This document shows, in pieces, positions 1 through 11,918 of a stretch of 64,000 nucleotides of DNA. This stretch comes from an uncultured delta proteobacterium (GTDB lineage: Bacteria; Myxococcota_A; Polyangia; Palsa-1104): contig CAWAWS010000016.1 in the NCBI GenBank assembly GCA_963785725.1, forward strand, positions 448,339 to 512,338. The letters run 5' to 3'. The position numbers and the translations under genes are program-made. Every line of letters starts with the position of its first letter. Positions within the stretch are counted from its first letter, which is position 1. A model generated the notes under the pieces. That model was not told the origin of the DNA. It did no database searches and saw only the letters and a program-made list of their open reading frames with translations.

Positions 1-47
1 AAATTTTTGCGACCTTGGGTGTGCACTCTTAGCATCGAGTCCACTCC

Positions 48-379
48 ATGCGTCTGTGGTCTAGCGTTTGGGTCCGCCGGCTGGGTGTCGCCGCCCTGGT
101 GGCGGTCGCGCTCGGCTACGTGCCCTATCACTTGTACGGCTCTTCGGGGCTGGCCCGTTACGTCAAGCTCGAGCGGGAGCGCGATGCCTTGCACGAGGCG
201 AACTTGAAGACGCACGCCGCCAATCAGCAGCTGCGCGCCGAGCTCGAAGCGCTCGGCGACGGCGAGGATGACGGCCTGTCGCGCGCGGCGGTCGAACGCG
301 CGGCGCGCGACGAGCTCGGCCTCGTCAAGACCGGCGAGGTCGTCTACAAAGTGCAGCCGCACGCCGAGGCGACGCGCTG

Positions 380-380
<1 letters not shown>
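48..380 (+). CDS. ftsB: Septum formation initiator FtsB/DivIC family
   Basis: N-terminal TM helix, coiled coil, C-terminal 'VERAARDELGLVKTGEVVY' motif; TGATG overlap with the next gene. Confidence 0.85.
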
Positions 381-2610
<2,230 letters not shown>

Positions 2611-2757
2611 GCGCCCCGCCGCCGCTGCCGCGCGGCGCGGAAGACGTGGTGACGCCGAAGCGCTGCTCGTCGCTTGCGCTGCACCCGTCGCGACCGAGCC
2701 ACCCGCCGCGACCGAACGGCCGTTGCGGCCGCCGCCTCCGCTGGCTACGCTGCCGGC

Positions 2758-3348
2758 ATGAGCATCTACCTCAGCCGCATCTACACCAAAACCGGCGACG
2801 GCGGCCAGACCGCGCTCGTCGGCGGCCACATGGTCCCGAAATACGCCCCGCGCATCGAAGCCTACGGCACCGTCGACGAGCTCAACGCCGTCCTCGGCCT
2901 CGTCCGCAAAGCCAACGCCGACGAAGCCGGCCCCACCGAAGCGCGCGCCCGCATCGACGCCATCCTGCAGCGCGCGCAGAACGAGCTGTTCAACCTCGGC
3001 TCACTGCTCGCGACGCTGCCCGAAGACCTATCGGACAAACAGCCGCGCATCGCCGCCCGCCACGTCGAGGCGCTCGAGCACGACATCGACGCGCTCAACG
3101 AAGAGCTGCCGCCCTTGCGCAGCTTCACCTTGCCCGGCGGCGGCTGGGTCAGCTCCTACTTGCACCTGGCGCGCACGGTCTGTCGTCGCGCCGAGCGCAT
3201 CGTCGTGCATCTGGCGTCCGTCGAGACCGTCGACGCCGACTGCGTGAAATATCTGAACCGCCTGTCGGACGCGCTCTACGTCATCGGCCGCTGGAACGTG
3301 CGCCAGCGCGGCGAGCAAGAGCCGCTGTGGACGCCGGAGACGACCTGA
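2758..3348 (+). CDS. Cob(I)alamin adenosyltransferase, PduO type
   Basis: 'IYTKTGDGGQT', 'AYGTVDELN', 'ARTVCRRAER', 'YLNRLSD'. Confidence 0.92.
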   Translation: MSIYLSRIYTKTGDGGQTALVGGHMVPKYAPRIEAYGTVDELNAVLGLVRKANADEAGPTEARARIDAILQRAQNELFNLGSLLATLPEDLSDKQPRIAARHVEALEHDIDALNEELPPLRSFTLPGGGWVSSYLHLARTVCRRAERIVVHLASVETVDADCVKYLNRLSDALYVIGRWNVRQRGEQEPLWTPETT

Positions 3349-3361
3349 CGAAAACGAAAGC

Positions 3362-3387
3362 GCCGCCGCGACCGAGGCCGCGGCGGC
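3362..3387. terminator. GC hairpin between convergent genes
   Basis: gccgccgcg / cgcggcggc stem; no clear U tract. Confidence 0.35.
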
Positions 3388-3400
3388 TCGTCGTTCGCCG

Positions 3401-3847
3401 CTACTTCGCCATGTCGACGGTGGGCGCCGTCGTGCCGCATGACGTCGGAACGCACGCGCACGTGAGCGGCGTCTGACAGATGCAGCTGGCGTTGTCGCCG
3501 CACTTCGAGTTGTCGCCGCTCGTGCACGTGATCGTACAGAAGTACGATTGGGCGTTGACCGGCTCGCTACCATTTTCGATCGCGGTGCAGAGCGGTGCCG
3601 TCGACGGGCAGTCGCCGAGCGTCATGCAGTATTTGCCGACGCCGACGCTGTTGCCGGTGTCGCCGGGATGACCGCACGTCGACTCGGGACCGGCGAGGTC
3701 CACCATCGTCATGTCGGCTGCTGTCGCGCCGCCACCGCCCGCCGTTCCGCCGCCGCCGGCTGTGCCGCCGCCGCCGCCGTTGCCGGACTTCGTGGTACCG
3801 CCACAGCCCGCCACCGCGAGCACCAAGATGACAATAAGTTTACGCAT
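3401..3847 (-). CDS. Cys-rich lipoprotein with Gly-rich linker
   Basis: Lipobox 'VAGC', GGGGTA repeats, many Cys residues in the C-terminal part. Confidence 0.75.
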   Translation of the reverse strand: MRKLIVILVLAVAGCGGTTKSGNGGGGGTAGGGGTAGGGGATAADMTMVDLAGPESTCGHPGDTGNSVGVGKYCMTLGDCPSTAPLCTAIENGSEPVNAQSYFCTITCTSGDNSKCGDNASCICQTPLTCACVPTSCGTTAPTVDMAK

Positions 3848-3913
3848 GCGTCGCATAGTTGGACGATGCGTGTAACGTGTCAACTCGCGCATCGACGCGC
3901 GACCGGCGTCACC

Positions 3914-4129
3914 TCATTCCAGGCAGTGGCCGGGACCGAAATCGAGCTCGGTCTGATCGCGCTCGTCACGCGGCTGCAGCGGGTTGTGCTCGATGCCGTG
4001 CGGTGGCTCGTCCGAGCGCACGAACATCGCTTGCAACGCGCTGCACTCCGGGCAATGAGCGGGCGCTTCGACGCTGCCGTCGACGAAACCACAGATCGTA
4101 CATTTCCAGGTGGTCATCGTCATGGCCAT
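3914..4129 (-). CDS. Small rubredoxin-like protein
   Basis: 'WKCTICGF...APAHCPEC...F' pattern. Confidence 0.7.
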   Translation of the reverse strand: MAMTMTTWKCTICGFVDGSVEAPAHCPECSALQAMFVRSDEPPHGIEHNPLQPRDERDQTELDFGPGHCLE

Positions 4130-4178
4130 TTAAAGCTGCAATGCGCGCGCCACGTGTGATACGCCTGAACCACCGAAG

Positions 4179-5507
4179 ATGCGGAAGAACTTCGTCCTCG
4201 ACACCAACGTCCTGCTCCACGATCCGCGCGCGATCTTCCACTTCGAAGACAATGACGTGATCATCCCGATCTACGTCCTCGAAGAGATCGATCATTTCAA
4301 AAAGGAGCTCTCGGAATTGGGTCGCAACGCGCGTGAAGTCGCGCGTCGCCTCGATGATTTTCGCGATAAAGGCGGCAGCCTGTCCGAAGGCGTCGCCATG
4401 GAGCGCGGCGGCCGACTGACGGTGGCGTTGGCCACGCGGCCCTTGCCCGACATGCTGCGTTCGTCGCAGTCGCAGGACAACAACATCCTCGGCGTGGCGC
4501 TCGAAGTTCGCGATCGCTCGGGGCCCGACACGCCGACGATCCTCGTCACCAAAGACGTCAACTTGCGCATTCGCGCCGACGCGCTCGGCTTGAAAGCCGA
4601 GGAATACGACGCCGAAGCGATCGACGTCGAGGAGCTGTACAGCGGCAACGGCGAGCTCGAAGTGCCGGCGGCGGCGGTCGATCAGTTTTACGCCGAAGGC
4701 GCGCTGCCGGCCGAAGCGATCGCGCACGATCACAAGATCTACGCGAACCAGTATTTGCTGCTGCGCGATCGCGAGAGCCCGCAGCACACGGCGCTCGGTC
4801 GTTACGACGGCCCGAACAAGAAGATCTCGCCCATCAAGAAGCTGCGCGAAGGCGTGTGGGGCATTCGCCCGCGCAACAAAGAGCAGCATTACGCGCTCGA
4901 TCTCCTGCTCAACGACGACATCAAGCTGGTGACGCTCGTCGGCAAAGCGGGCACGGGCAAGACGCTGCTCGCCATCGCCGCCGGCCTGCAGAAGTGCGTC
5001 GAAGAGGGCATCTATCAAAAGCTGCTCGTCTCGCGCCCGATCTTTCCGCTCGGCAAGGACATCGGCTTTTTGCCCGGCGACATCGAAGAGAAGCTGAATC
5101 CGTGGATGCAGCCGATCTACGACAACATCGAATTGCTGTTGGGCTTCTCGAAGGCCGAGAAAAAAGAGGGCCGCTCGCATCAGGAGCTCATCGACCTCGG
5201 CTACATCGAGATCGAGCCGCTGACGTACATTCGCGGCCGCTCGATCCCCAACCAGTTCATGATCGTCGACGAGGCGCAGAACCTGACGCCGCACGAAGTG
5301 AAGACGATCATCACGCGCGTCGGTGAGAACACGAAGATCATCCTCACCGGCGACCCGTATCAGATCGACAATCCCTACGTCGACGCGTCGAACAACGGCC
5401 TCACCACCGTCGTCGAGCGTTTCAAAGGCGAAGCGATCGCCGGCCACGTCTCGCTGCTCAAGGGCGAGCGCTCGCCGCTGGCCGAGCTGGCCGCGAATAT
5501 CCTGTAG
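4179..5507 (+). CDS. PIN-PhoH family protein
   Basis: PIN 'VLDTNVLLHD', 'LVTKDVNLR'; Walker A 'GKAGTGKT', 'IRGRS', 'DEAQN', 'GDPYQID'. Confidence 0.93.
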   Translation: MRKNFVLDTNVLLHDPRAIFHFEDNDVIIPIYVLEEIDHFKKELSELGRNAREVARRLDDFRDKGGSLSEGVAMERGGRLTVALATRPLPDMLRSSQSQDNNILGVALEVRDRSGPDTPTILVTKDVNLRIRADALGLKAEEYDAEAIDVEELYSGNGELEVPAAAVDQFYAEGALPAEAIAHDHKIYANQYLLLRDRESPQHTALGRYDGPNKKISPIKKLREGVWGIRPRNKEQHYALDLLLNDDIKLVTLVGKAGTGKTLLAIAAGLQKCVEEGIYQKLLVSRPIFPLGKDIGFLPGDIEEKLNPWMQPIYDNIELLLGFSKAEKKEGRSHQELIDLGYIEIEPLTYIRGRSIPNQFMIVDEAQNLTPHEVKTIITRVGENTKIILTGDPYQIDNPYVDASNNGLTTVVERFKGEAIAGHVSLLKGERSPLAELAANIL

Positions 5508-5690
5508 ATCTGTAGATCTCCGTTCGCGCCCCGCCGCTCCTCACGACCACTTCCCGCTCGCACAACCAAACGCAAACGCGACGCCGAGCCCGCCGAAAGG
5601 CGCGCGGGTTGTCGCATTGCGTAACGTGCTTATTGATTATGTAGCTGACGCGCGAGAATGCGTTTTGCGGACGGAATGAGCGGGCGGGAG

Positions 5691-6032
5691 TTACTTGCGC
5701 GGCGGTGGCGGGACCGCCATGAGCTGCGCGTAGCGGTTCATCTCGACGTCCTCGATGCGCACGCCGACGCCACGATCGGGGCGCGCGTAAACGACGCGGC
5801 CAGCGACGCGAATCGGCTCCCGCGAACCGGGCAGCGGAAACTCCATCAAGATGGGATCGCCGGGCCGCTCGAGCGGAAAGCGGTCATCGAACGAAAAGCC
5901 GCTGGCGGAGATGTTCCGCACCAGCCGGTAATACAGATCGTTGCCCCGAATCTCGACCGCGAAGAATGCGGTTTCCGTACGCGGCTCGATGCGTCGATCA
6001 TCGCCGTCTGCTTCGCGATCTCGCGTCACCAT
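5691..6032 (-). CDS. Stand-alone PilZ domain protein
   Basis: RxxxR ('RIEPR') and 'NISASG' motifs, 'GRVVY...GVGV'. Confidence 0.8.
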   Translation of the reverse strand: MVTRDREADGDDRRIEPRTETAFFAVEIRGNDLYYRLVRNISASGFSFDDRFPLERPGDPILMEFPLPGSREPIRVAGRVVYARPDRGVGVRIEDVEMNRYAQLMAVPPPPRK

Positions 6033-6166
6033 GTCTGCTCCTCGGCGGGTACGGCCCTGTGCTACCTGTGCGTCTGAAGGGTGTCAAGGTGATTATAGGC
6101 ACGCAGTAGTCTTACCTACAGTCTTTTCGTTGACGAAGTATCAAAAACGCTCGAAATTAAAAGACG

Positions 6167-7894
6167 ATGAGCGCGCGCCCCAAGAACGTGCGCCGCCGCC
6201 GACCGCGCCGGCTCGGCCGGACGTCCTGGCTGATTCGCAAGCTCGGCGTCGCGCCCAACGCGCCCGCGCCCGAGCGCCGCGGCTTCATCGCGATTCAAAT
6301 CGACGGGCTCGGTTATTACGTCCTGCGCGGCGCGCTCACGCGGCGATATGCGCCCTTTTTGCGCGGGCTCGTCAAACGGCGCGGCTATCAGCTGCAGCGC
6401 TATCGCGTCGGCCTGCCGGCGACGACGCCGGCCTCGCAGCTCGGCATCTTTTACGGCGACAACGACAACGTGCCCGGCTTCCGCTGGTACGACAAAGCCT
6501 CGCGCACGCTGCACGTCACCAAGTCCTCGAACGTCTGCGCCACGCTCGAGGCCGAAGCCCGCGAACGCAGCCCCGGCATCCTGCGCGACGGCGGCTCGAG
6601 CTACTGCAACATGTTCTCCGGCGACGCCGACACGTCGACCTTGACGCTGTCGACGCTCGGCCAACCCTCGCGCACCCAACTCAGCTGGCGCGATCTCCTC
6701 ATCTTCAGCCTCTTTTTCATCACCGTCTTCCTGCGCATCTTCTTCTTGTCGGTGTGGGAGACGCTGCTCGAGCTCTACGATCAGCTCGTCGATCTGCGGG
6801 AAGGCCGCGCCCATCGCGACGAAGGCATCTTCCCGCTGGTTCGCGTCGTCACCAACGTCGTCTTCCGCGAGATCGCGACGCAAGGCTGCCTGCTCGACAT
6901 CTACCGCGGCGTCCCCTACGTCTACTTGAACTTCTCCGGCTACGACGAGGTCGCCCATCATCGCGGCCCCAACAGCGTCTACGCCAAGCTCGTCCTGCGC
7001 TCGATCGATCGACAGGTGCGGCGCATTTACAACGCCGCGCGCCGCTATGCCGCGCGCGACTACGACATCGTGCTGCTCTCCGATCACGGCCAGTCGACGA
7101 CAGTGCCGTGGCTGCATTTGCACGGTCAGACGCCGACCGAGTTCATCTTGGAGAAGCTGGCGCACGCGCGGCTCGGGCCGCTCGGCGCCGATTACCGCTC
7201 GAAGCACGTCGGGCGAGCGCTGGCGCTGACGGCGTGGCTGCGCGAGCTGCGCTGGATCCTGCCGCGTGCGCTCGGCGGGCCGCTCGACACCGTCGCCGGC
7301 TGGATGCAGGAGCGCCTGCCGGACGAGGCGGCGGTCGTCGACTGGTCGGCCGAGGCCTCGGTCGTGTTCGCGCCGACGGGCAGCTTGGCGCACCTCTACT
7401 TCACCGAAACCACTGCGCCACTGACGATTGAGGAGCTGCGCTCGCTGCACGGACCGCTCGTCGAGGCGCTGACGAATCACCCGTCGATCGGCCTCGTCGT
7501 GGCGCGCGCGGCCGAAGGCGCCATCGAGATCCACTCGCGGCGCGGCAGCCTGCGCGTCGAAGCCGGCGGCACGCGCACGCGCATCGGCGAAGATCCGCTG
7601 CTCACCGTGCTCGACGGCGAAGACACGCTGCGCGAGATCCGCCGCCTCATGGCCATGCGCCTCACCGGCGATCTCGTGCTCTTCTCGGCGCGCGACAAGA
7701 ACGGCCGCGTCGTCAACTTCCAGGTCGAGATGGGCAGCCACGGCGGCCTGCACATCGACGAGCAAGCGGCCTTCATTCTCGCGCCGTCCAACCTCCCCTT
7801 CGACTTCGGCAAAGTGCGGTCGGTGCGCGATCTATATCGCTTCTTCGAGAGCTATCATCACGCCGACGCCGCCTCCGAGATCGTCGTCGCATGA
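6167..7894 (+). CDS. Alkaline phosphatase superfamily (phosphodiesterase/NPP-like) protein
   Basis: 'IQIDGLG', 'TTPASQ', 'YDEVAHHRGP', 'LSDHGQ', 'GSHGG'. Confidence 0.8.
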   Translation: MSARPKNVRRRRPRRLGRTSWLIRKLGVAPNAPAPERRGFIAIQIDGLGYYVLRGALTRRYAPFLRGLVKRRGYQLQRYRVGLPATTPASQLGIFYGDNDNVPGFRWYDKASRTLHVTKSSNVCATLEAEARERSPGILRDGGSSYCNMFSGDADTSTLTLSTLGQPSRTQLSWRDLLIFSLFFITVFLRIFFLSVWETLLELYDQLVDLREGRAHRDEGIFPLVRVVTNVVFREIATQGCLLDIYRGVPYVYLNFSGYDEVAHHRGPNSVYAKLVLRSIDRQVRRIYNAARRYAARDYDIVLLSDHGQSTTVPWLHLHGQTPTEFILEKLAHARLGPLGADYRSKHVGRALALTAWLRELRWILPRALGGPLDTVAGWMQERLPDEAAVVDWSAEASVVFAPTGSLAHLYFTETTAPLTIEELRSLHGPLVEALTNHPSIGLVVARAAEGAIEIHSRRGSLRVEAGGTRTRIGEDPLLTVLDGEDTLREIRRLMAMRLTGDLVLFSARDKNGRVVNFQVEMGSHGGLHIDEQAAFILAPSNLPFDFGKVRSVRDLYRFFESYHHADAASEIVVA

Positions 7895-8316
7895 CGAAAC
7901 CCATTTCATTATTCGTGTTGGGTATGGCGTTATTGCGCATATCGATCACGTACGCGGCGCCGCCGGCGCCGACCGCCAACGAATACGACGTCGTCGTGGG
8001 CGCGATGCCGGCCGCCAAGATCGGCGAGCACGCCGCCGTCTCGCTGTCGATCCTGCCGCGCGCCGGCTATCGCCTGCTCGCCGACGGACCGCTGCTCGTG
8101 CGCCTCGCCGGCGACGGCCTCACGCCCGACAAAGCCCTACTGCGCCGCGAAGATGCCGTCGATCCGCGCGCCGAAGCGCCGCGCTTCGAGCTGCCGTTTC
8201 GCCGCCAGCGCGCCGCCAACGCGACGCTGACCGCCACGCTCACGTTCTACATTTGCAACGCCGCGCGCTGCCGCCCGGTCACGGAACCAGTTTATATCCG
8301 TGACCATACACCGTGA
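7891..8316 (+). CDS. Exported protein with a DsbD-N-like Cys pair
   Basis: Signal peptide; '[11 protein letters not shown]'; ATGA overlap with the upstream gene. Confidence 0.6.
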   Translation: MTKPISLFVLGMALLRISITYAAPPAPTANEYDVVVGAMPAAKIGEHAAVSLSILPRAGYRLLADGPLLVRLAGDGLTPDKALLRREDAVDPRAEAPRFELPFRRQRAANATLTATLTFYICNAARCRPVTEPVYIRDHTP

Positions 8317-8971
8317 GGATATGACGCGGCTCTTTGCCGTCGGCCTCGATCATCTTGCGCAATTTGACGATGAAATTGTCGACCGTCCGATTGTTCGTGC
8401 GCGCGTCGATGCCCCATATCTTCTCCAGGATCTCGTCGCGCGACACCGGCTGCTGCTTGCGCTCGAACAATAACTTCAGCAACTCGACTTCGTAAAATGT
8501 CAGCGAATGCGTCTTTCGCGCGCGCGTGACCGTGTGCTTCTTGGCATCGATGGTCGCTTCACCAATCGTAAACAGATCCTCTTCGACCGGCGCGCGATGG
8601 CCCAAGCGGCGAAACATGGCCTTGATGCGCGCCAGCAATTCAGCGACGGAGAACGGCTTCGTGACGTAATCGTCGGCGCCGGCGTCGAGCCCGCGGATCT
8701 TGTCCGACTCCTGCCCGCGTGCCGTCAAAATGATGATCGGCACCAGCGTATTGAAGCGCCGCACCTCTTCGCAAACGGCATATCCATTCAAATCGGGCAG
8801 CATCAAATCGAGGATGACGCAGTCGGCGGCGCGGTCGCGCATGAGCTTGACCCCTTCGCGTCCGAGCCCGGTCGCGATGACGTCGAAACCTTCGAACTCG
8901 AGCGCGTCGGTCAAGCCGCGCACGATGTCGGGCTCATCCTCGACAATCAATATCTTCTTCTGCCCGCTCAT
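8279..8971 (-). CDS. OmpR/PhoB-family response regulator
   Basis: 'ILIVEDE', 'LDLMLP', '[10 protein letters not shown]', winged helix '[11 protein letters not shown]'. Confidence 0.95.
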   Translation of the reverse strand: MSGQKKILIVEDEPDIVRGLTDALEFEGFDVIATGLGREGVKLMRDRAADCVILDLMLPDLNGYAVCEEVRRFNTLVPIIILTARGQESDKIRGLDAGADDYVTKPFSVAELLARIKAMFRRLGHRAPVEEDLFTIGEATIDAKKHTVTRARKTHSLTFYEVELLKLLFERKQQPVSRDEILEKIWGIDARTNNRTVDNFIVKLRKMIEADGKEPRHILTVYGHGYKLVP

Positions 8972-9054
8972 GGGCGCACGCGCCCATGAGCGGACCGTCG
9001 ATCCGCTGGCCGAACGGGCCGGACGCTCACTATCGCTCGCTTACGCTCGCTCAT
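8968..9054 (-). repeat. MIRU-like intergenic element, copy 1, encoding a 28-aa bridging ORF
   Basis: [31 protein letters not shown] with ATGA overlaps at both ends; 25/31 nt identical to 45471-45501. Confidence 0.7.
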
Positions 9055-10631
9055 ATCCCGTATTCGCCCACCAACGAAAGCTCGCGCGGCTGCACGAGCG
9101 GAATATCGACGATGAACGCCGCCCCTTTGCCCGGCTCGCTATCGACGACGACGGTGCCGCCGTGCGCTTCGGCGATGTGCTTCACCAGCGACAGGCCGAT
9201 TCCCGAGCCGCGCACGTTCGTGCCGCGCGCGCCGCGCGTGCGATAAAAGCGCTCGAAGATCTTGCGCTGCTCGTCGGCGGGAATGCCGGGACCTTGATCG
9301 CCGACCACCAACCGCAGCCGATTTCCTTGGCGCGTCAAATAGACCGATATCTCGCCCTTGCCATATTTCACGGCGTTCTCGAGCAGGTTCAACAGGAGCA
9401 GCGTCATGGCGTTCTCGTCCATCGGCGCTTCGGGCAAGCCGGGATCGATCTTCGTCACCAGCTTGAATCCTTCGCGCTCCAGACGATGGCGATAGACGTC
9501 GAGCGAGCGCTCCACGACCTCATCGAGCCGCCCGGGCACGAACTCGTAGGCCGCGCGCCCGCGCTCGATACGCGCGAAATCGAGCACGTTGTCGATCAGC
9601 CGCGATAAGCGCTCCGCTTCGCGTGTAATGATCTCCGCATATTCTTTCCCCTTTTCCGGCGTCTTTAGTTTTCCTAAAGCCAACAGTTCGCCAAACATGC
9701 GAATCAGCGACAACGGCGTCTTCAGCTCGTGCGAAACGTTGGAGATGAAGTCCGATTTGGCTTCGTTGGCGCGCGATTCTTTCCAGGTCGCGTAAAAGAG
9801 GAAGCCGATGCCCGACAAGATCGTCAAGAGCATCATCGTGATCAGCAAGAACTCGGAGCGACGGCGCACGCCTTCTTGATTGGCGAGCCGCGCCGCACCG
9901 ACGGGCGCCATCTGCAATCGCCACAAATACAGCGTCGTTGGAAACGCCTTCTCGAAGAGATATTTGCCGGGATGACCGACCGGCGCGCCGTACACGACGT
10001 TGCCCGCGCCGTCGCGCACGCAGACGAGCTCCTTACCGGCGACGTCTTTGAGCTCGAGCGGCAATAAGCTCTGCTTGACGTATTCGAGCGATACTTTGAG
10101 CACGACGTAATAAACGCGATCGCCGTGCAATTTCTTGATGAACGAAATGAGGTAATCGCGATTGTTGTATTCGCGATGCATATGTTTATGCAGATCGACC
10201 TTTAGATCTTCGAGCGGCAAATCGGGCAAGATCTTCTTCATGAACAGCTCGCGAAACGCCGTGGCGTCGGCGTCGCGGCGCTTCGAGACGTAGCCGCCCG
10301 ACAACAATTGCAGCTTCTCGTCGAGCACCAGCGCCGCCTCGATAGCCGGCGACACGCGCACGATATAGCTCCAGTTCTGCTTGAAGTCGCCGAGGTGATC
10401 GACGTCGACGAGATCGAATAGTGAGCGGTCGCTGTCGACGATGACGTTGTCGATGCGCTTTAGGGTCTCGTCGCCGAGCAGGCGATTGGCGTCGACGAGC
10501 GACTGCTCCGACGACTCGGCCAGCTGCGCGGCATAACGAAAGCCATAGCCGGCGAGCGCGATCGCCGCCGCCAGCACCAGCGGCACGATGATGAACAACG
10601 GCGAGAACCGCTGTTTGGACTGCTTCGCCAC
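9051..10631 (-). CDS. Sensor histidine kinase (HisKA/HATPase)
   Basis: Two TM helices, H-box 'VSHELKTPL', 'NLLENAVKY', 'DQGPGI', 'GSGIGL'. Confidence 0.95.
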   Translation of the reverse strand: MAKQSKQRFSPLFIIVPLVLAAAIALAGYGFRYAAQLAESSEQSLVDANRLLGDETLKRIDNVIVDSDRSLFDLVDVDHLGDFKQNWSYIVRVSPAIEAALVLDEKLQLLSGGYVSKRRDADATAFRELFMKKILPDLPLEDLKVDLHKHMHREYNNRDYLISFIKKLHGDRVYYVVLKVSLEYVKQSLLPLELKDVAGKELVCVRDGAGNVVYGAPVGHPGKYLFEKAFPTTLYLWRLQMAPVGAARLANQEGVRRRSEFLLITMMLLTILSGIGFLFYATWKESRANEAKSDFISNVSHELKTPLSLIRMFGELLALGKLKTPEKGKEYAEIITREAERLSRLIDNVLDFARIERGRAAYEFVPGRLDEVVERSLDVYRHRLEREGFKLVTKIDPGLPEAPMDENAMTLLLLNLLENAVKYGKGEISVYLTRQGNRLRLVVGDQGPGIPADEQRKIFERFYRTRGARGTNVRGSGIGLSLVKHIAEAHGGTVVVDSEPGKGAAFIVDIPLVQPRELSLVGEYGI

Positions 10632-10652
10632 AGCCGGAGTCTAGCGCAGCTA

Positions 10653-11906
10653 TTACAGCCGATGGCGTTTCAAGTATTCGAGCACTTCGTCGAACTGCCC
10701 CGTCTCGTTGGCGTAGGTCGCGAAGTTCTTGGCCGTCGAGAACCACTCGACCGTCGTCGGGCGCGTCTTCTTCTGCGCGGCGCGCAGGTCGGCCGTCGTC
10801 ACCGCGCGCACGGCGCCGCCGCGCAGCGACTCGGCCAACGCCACCTCGATCGCGCCTTGCACGAGGTGATCGAGGTCGGCGCCCGAGCACAGCTCCGTCG
10901 CGCGCGCAATCTCGGCCACGTCGACGTCGGGCGCCATCGGCTTGCCGGCCAGCTTCAGCTTCAAGATCTCGACGCGGGCGCGCAAATCCGGCGGCGGAAC
11001 GAAGAGCACGTCGCCGAAGCGACCGGGCCGCCGAAACGCCGGATCGACATCCCAGGGCGCGTTGGTGGCGCCGATGACGAGCACGCCTTCGGACTGCCCG
11101 CCGGCGCCGTCGAGCTCCGACAGAAACTGCGTCACCAGCGTGCGATAGGACTCGTGGCGCAAGCCCGAACGACGCCCGCCGAGCGAGTCGACCTCGTCGA
11201 AGAAGAGAATCGCCGGCGCATTGGCGCGCGCCGTCTTGAACAGCTCGTGCAGCTTCTTCTCCGACTGCCCGAGCCACATGTCGAGCACCTCTTCGATGCC
11301 CACCGCGACGAAGTGAATGCCCGCCTCGCCCGCCGTCGCGCGCGCCAAGAACGTCTTGCCACAGCCCGGCGGCCCGTACAGTAAGAGGCCGCCGCCGACC
11401 TTCTTGCCGAACGCTTGATACAGATCGGGCCGCTTGAGCGGATAGAGCACGCGTAGCCGAATCTTCTCCTTCAGCTCGTCGAGCCCGCCGAGATCGGCGA
11501 ACGTCACCGTCGGCTTCTCGACTTCGCCGGGCGTCGGCGCCGCCGGCGGCTCCTTCGTCTTCGGCGCGCCATCGGCGACGAGGCGAATGCGCGCCCGCGG
11601 GTCGTCCTTGGCGCGGCTGATCTGCTCGCGCAAGGCGACGTCCGCCAGCGCCACGTCGCGCGCCACGGCCGCGTCATACGCCGCCAGCGCCTCGGCGTGC
11701 CGCCCGATCTCGTACAAACAACGCGCCCTTCCCATCGTCGCCGCGGCGTCACCGGGCGCGCGCGTCAAGATGGCGTCGTGCTCCGCCAGGGCGCGGTCGG
11801 CGTCACCGGCGCGCTCGAGCGCCGACGCCAGCTGCCGTCGCAGCGCCACGTTCTCCGGCAGCGCACGCACGGCTTCCTGCAGACTCTCGATCGAATCGTG
11901 GGTCAA
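10653..11906 (-). CDS. TPR-domain AAA ATPase (single classical AAA module)
   Basis: N-terminal TPRs; 'TFADLGGL', 'GPPGCGKT', 'FFDEVD', SRH 'ATNAPWDVDPAFRRPGRF'. Confidence 0.9.
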   Translation of the reverse strand: MTHDSIESLQEAVRALPENVALRRQLASALERAGDADRALAEHDAILTRAPGDAAATMGRARCLYEIGRHAEALAAYDAAVARDVALADVALREQISRAKDDPRARIRLVADGAPKTKEPPAAPTPGEVEKPTVTFADLGGLDELKEKIRLRVLYPLKRPDLYQAFGKKVGGGLLLYGPPGCGKTFLARATAGEAGIHFVAVGIEEVLDMWLGQSEKKLHELFKTARANAPAILFFDEVDSLGGRRSGLRHESYRTLVTQFLSELDGAGGQSEGVLVIGATNAPWDVDPAFRRPGRFGDVLFVPPPDLRARVEILKLKLAGKPMAPDVDVAEIARATELCSGADLDHLVQGAIEVALAESLRGGAVRAVTTADLRAAQKKTRPTTVEWFSTAKNFATYANETGQFDEVLEYLKRHRL

Positions 11907-11918
11907 TGGGCGGGCTCC

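Noticed and set aside
5502..5520. Short duplication ctgtagat at the phoH stop
   Set aside because: Too short to interpret
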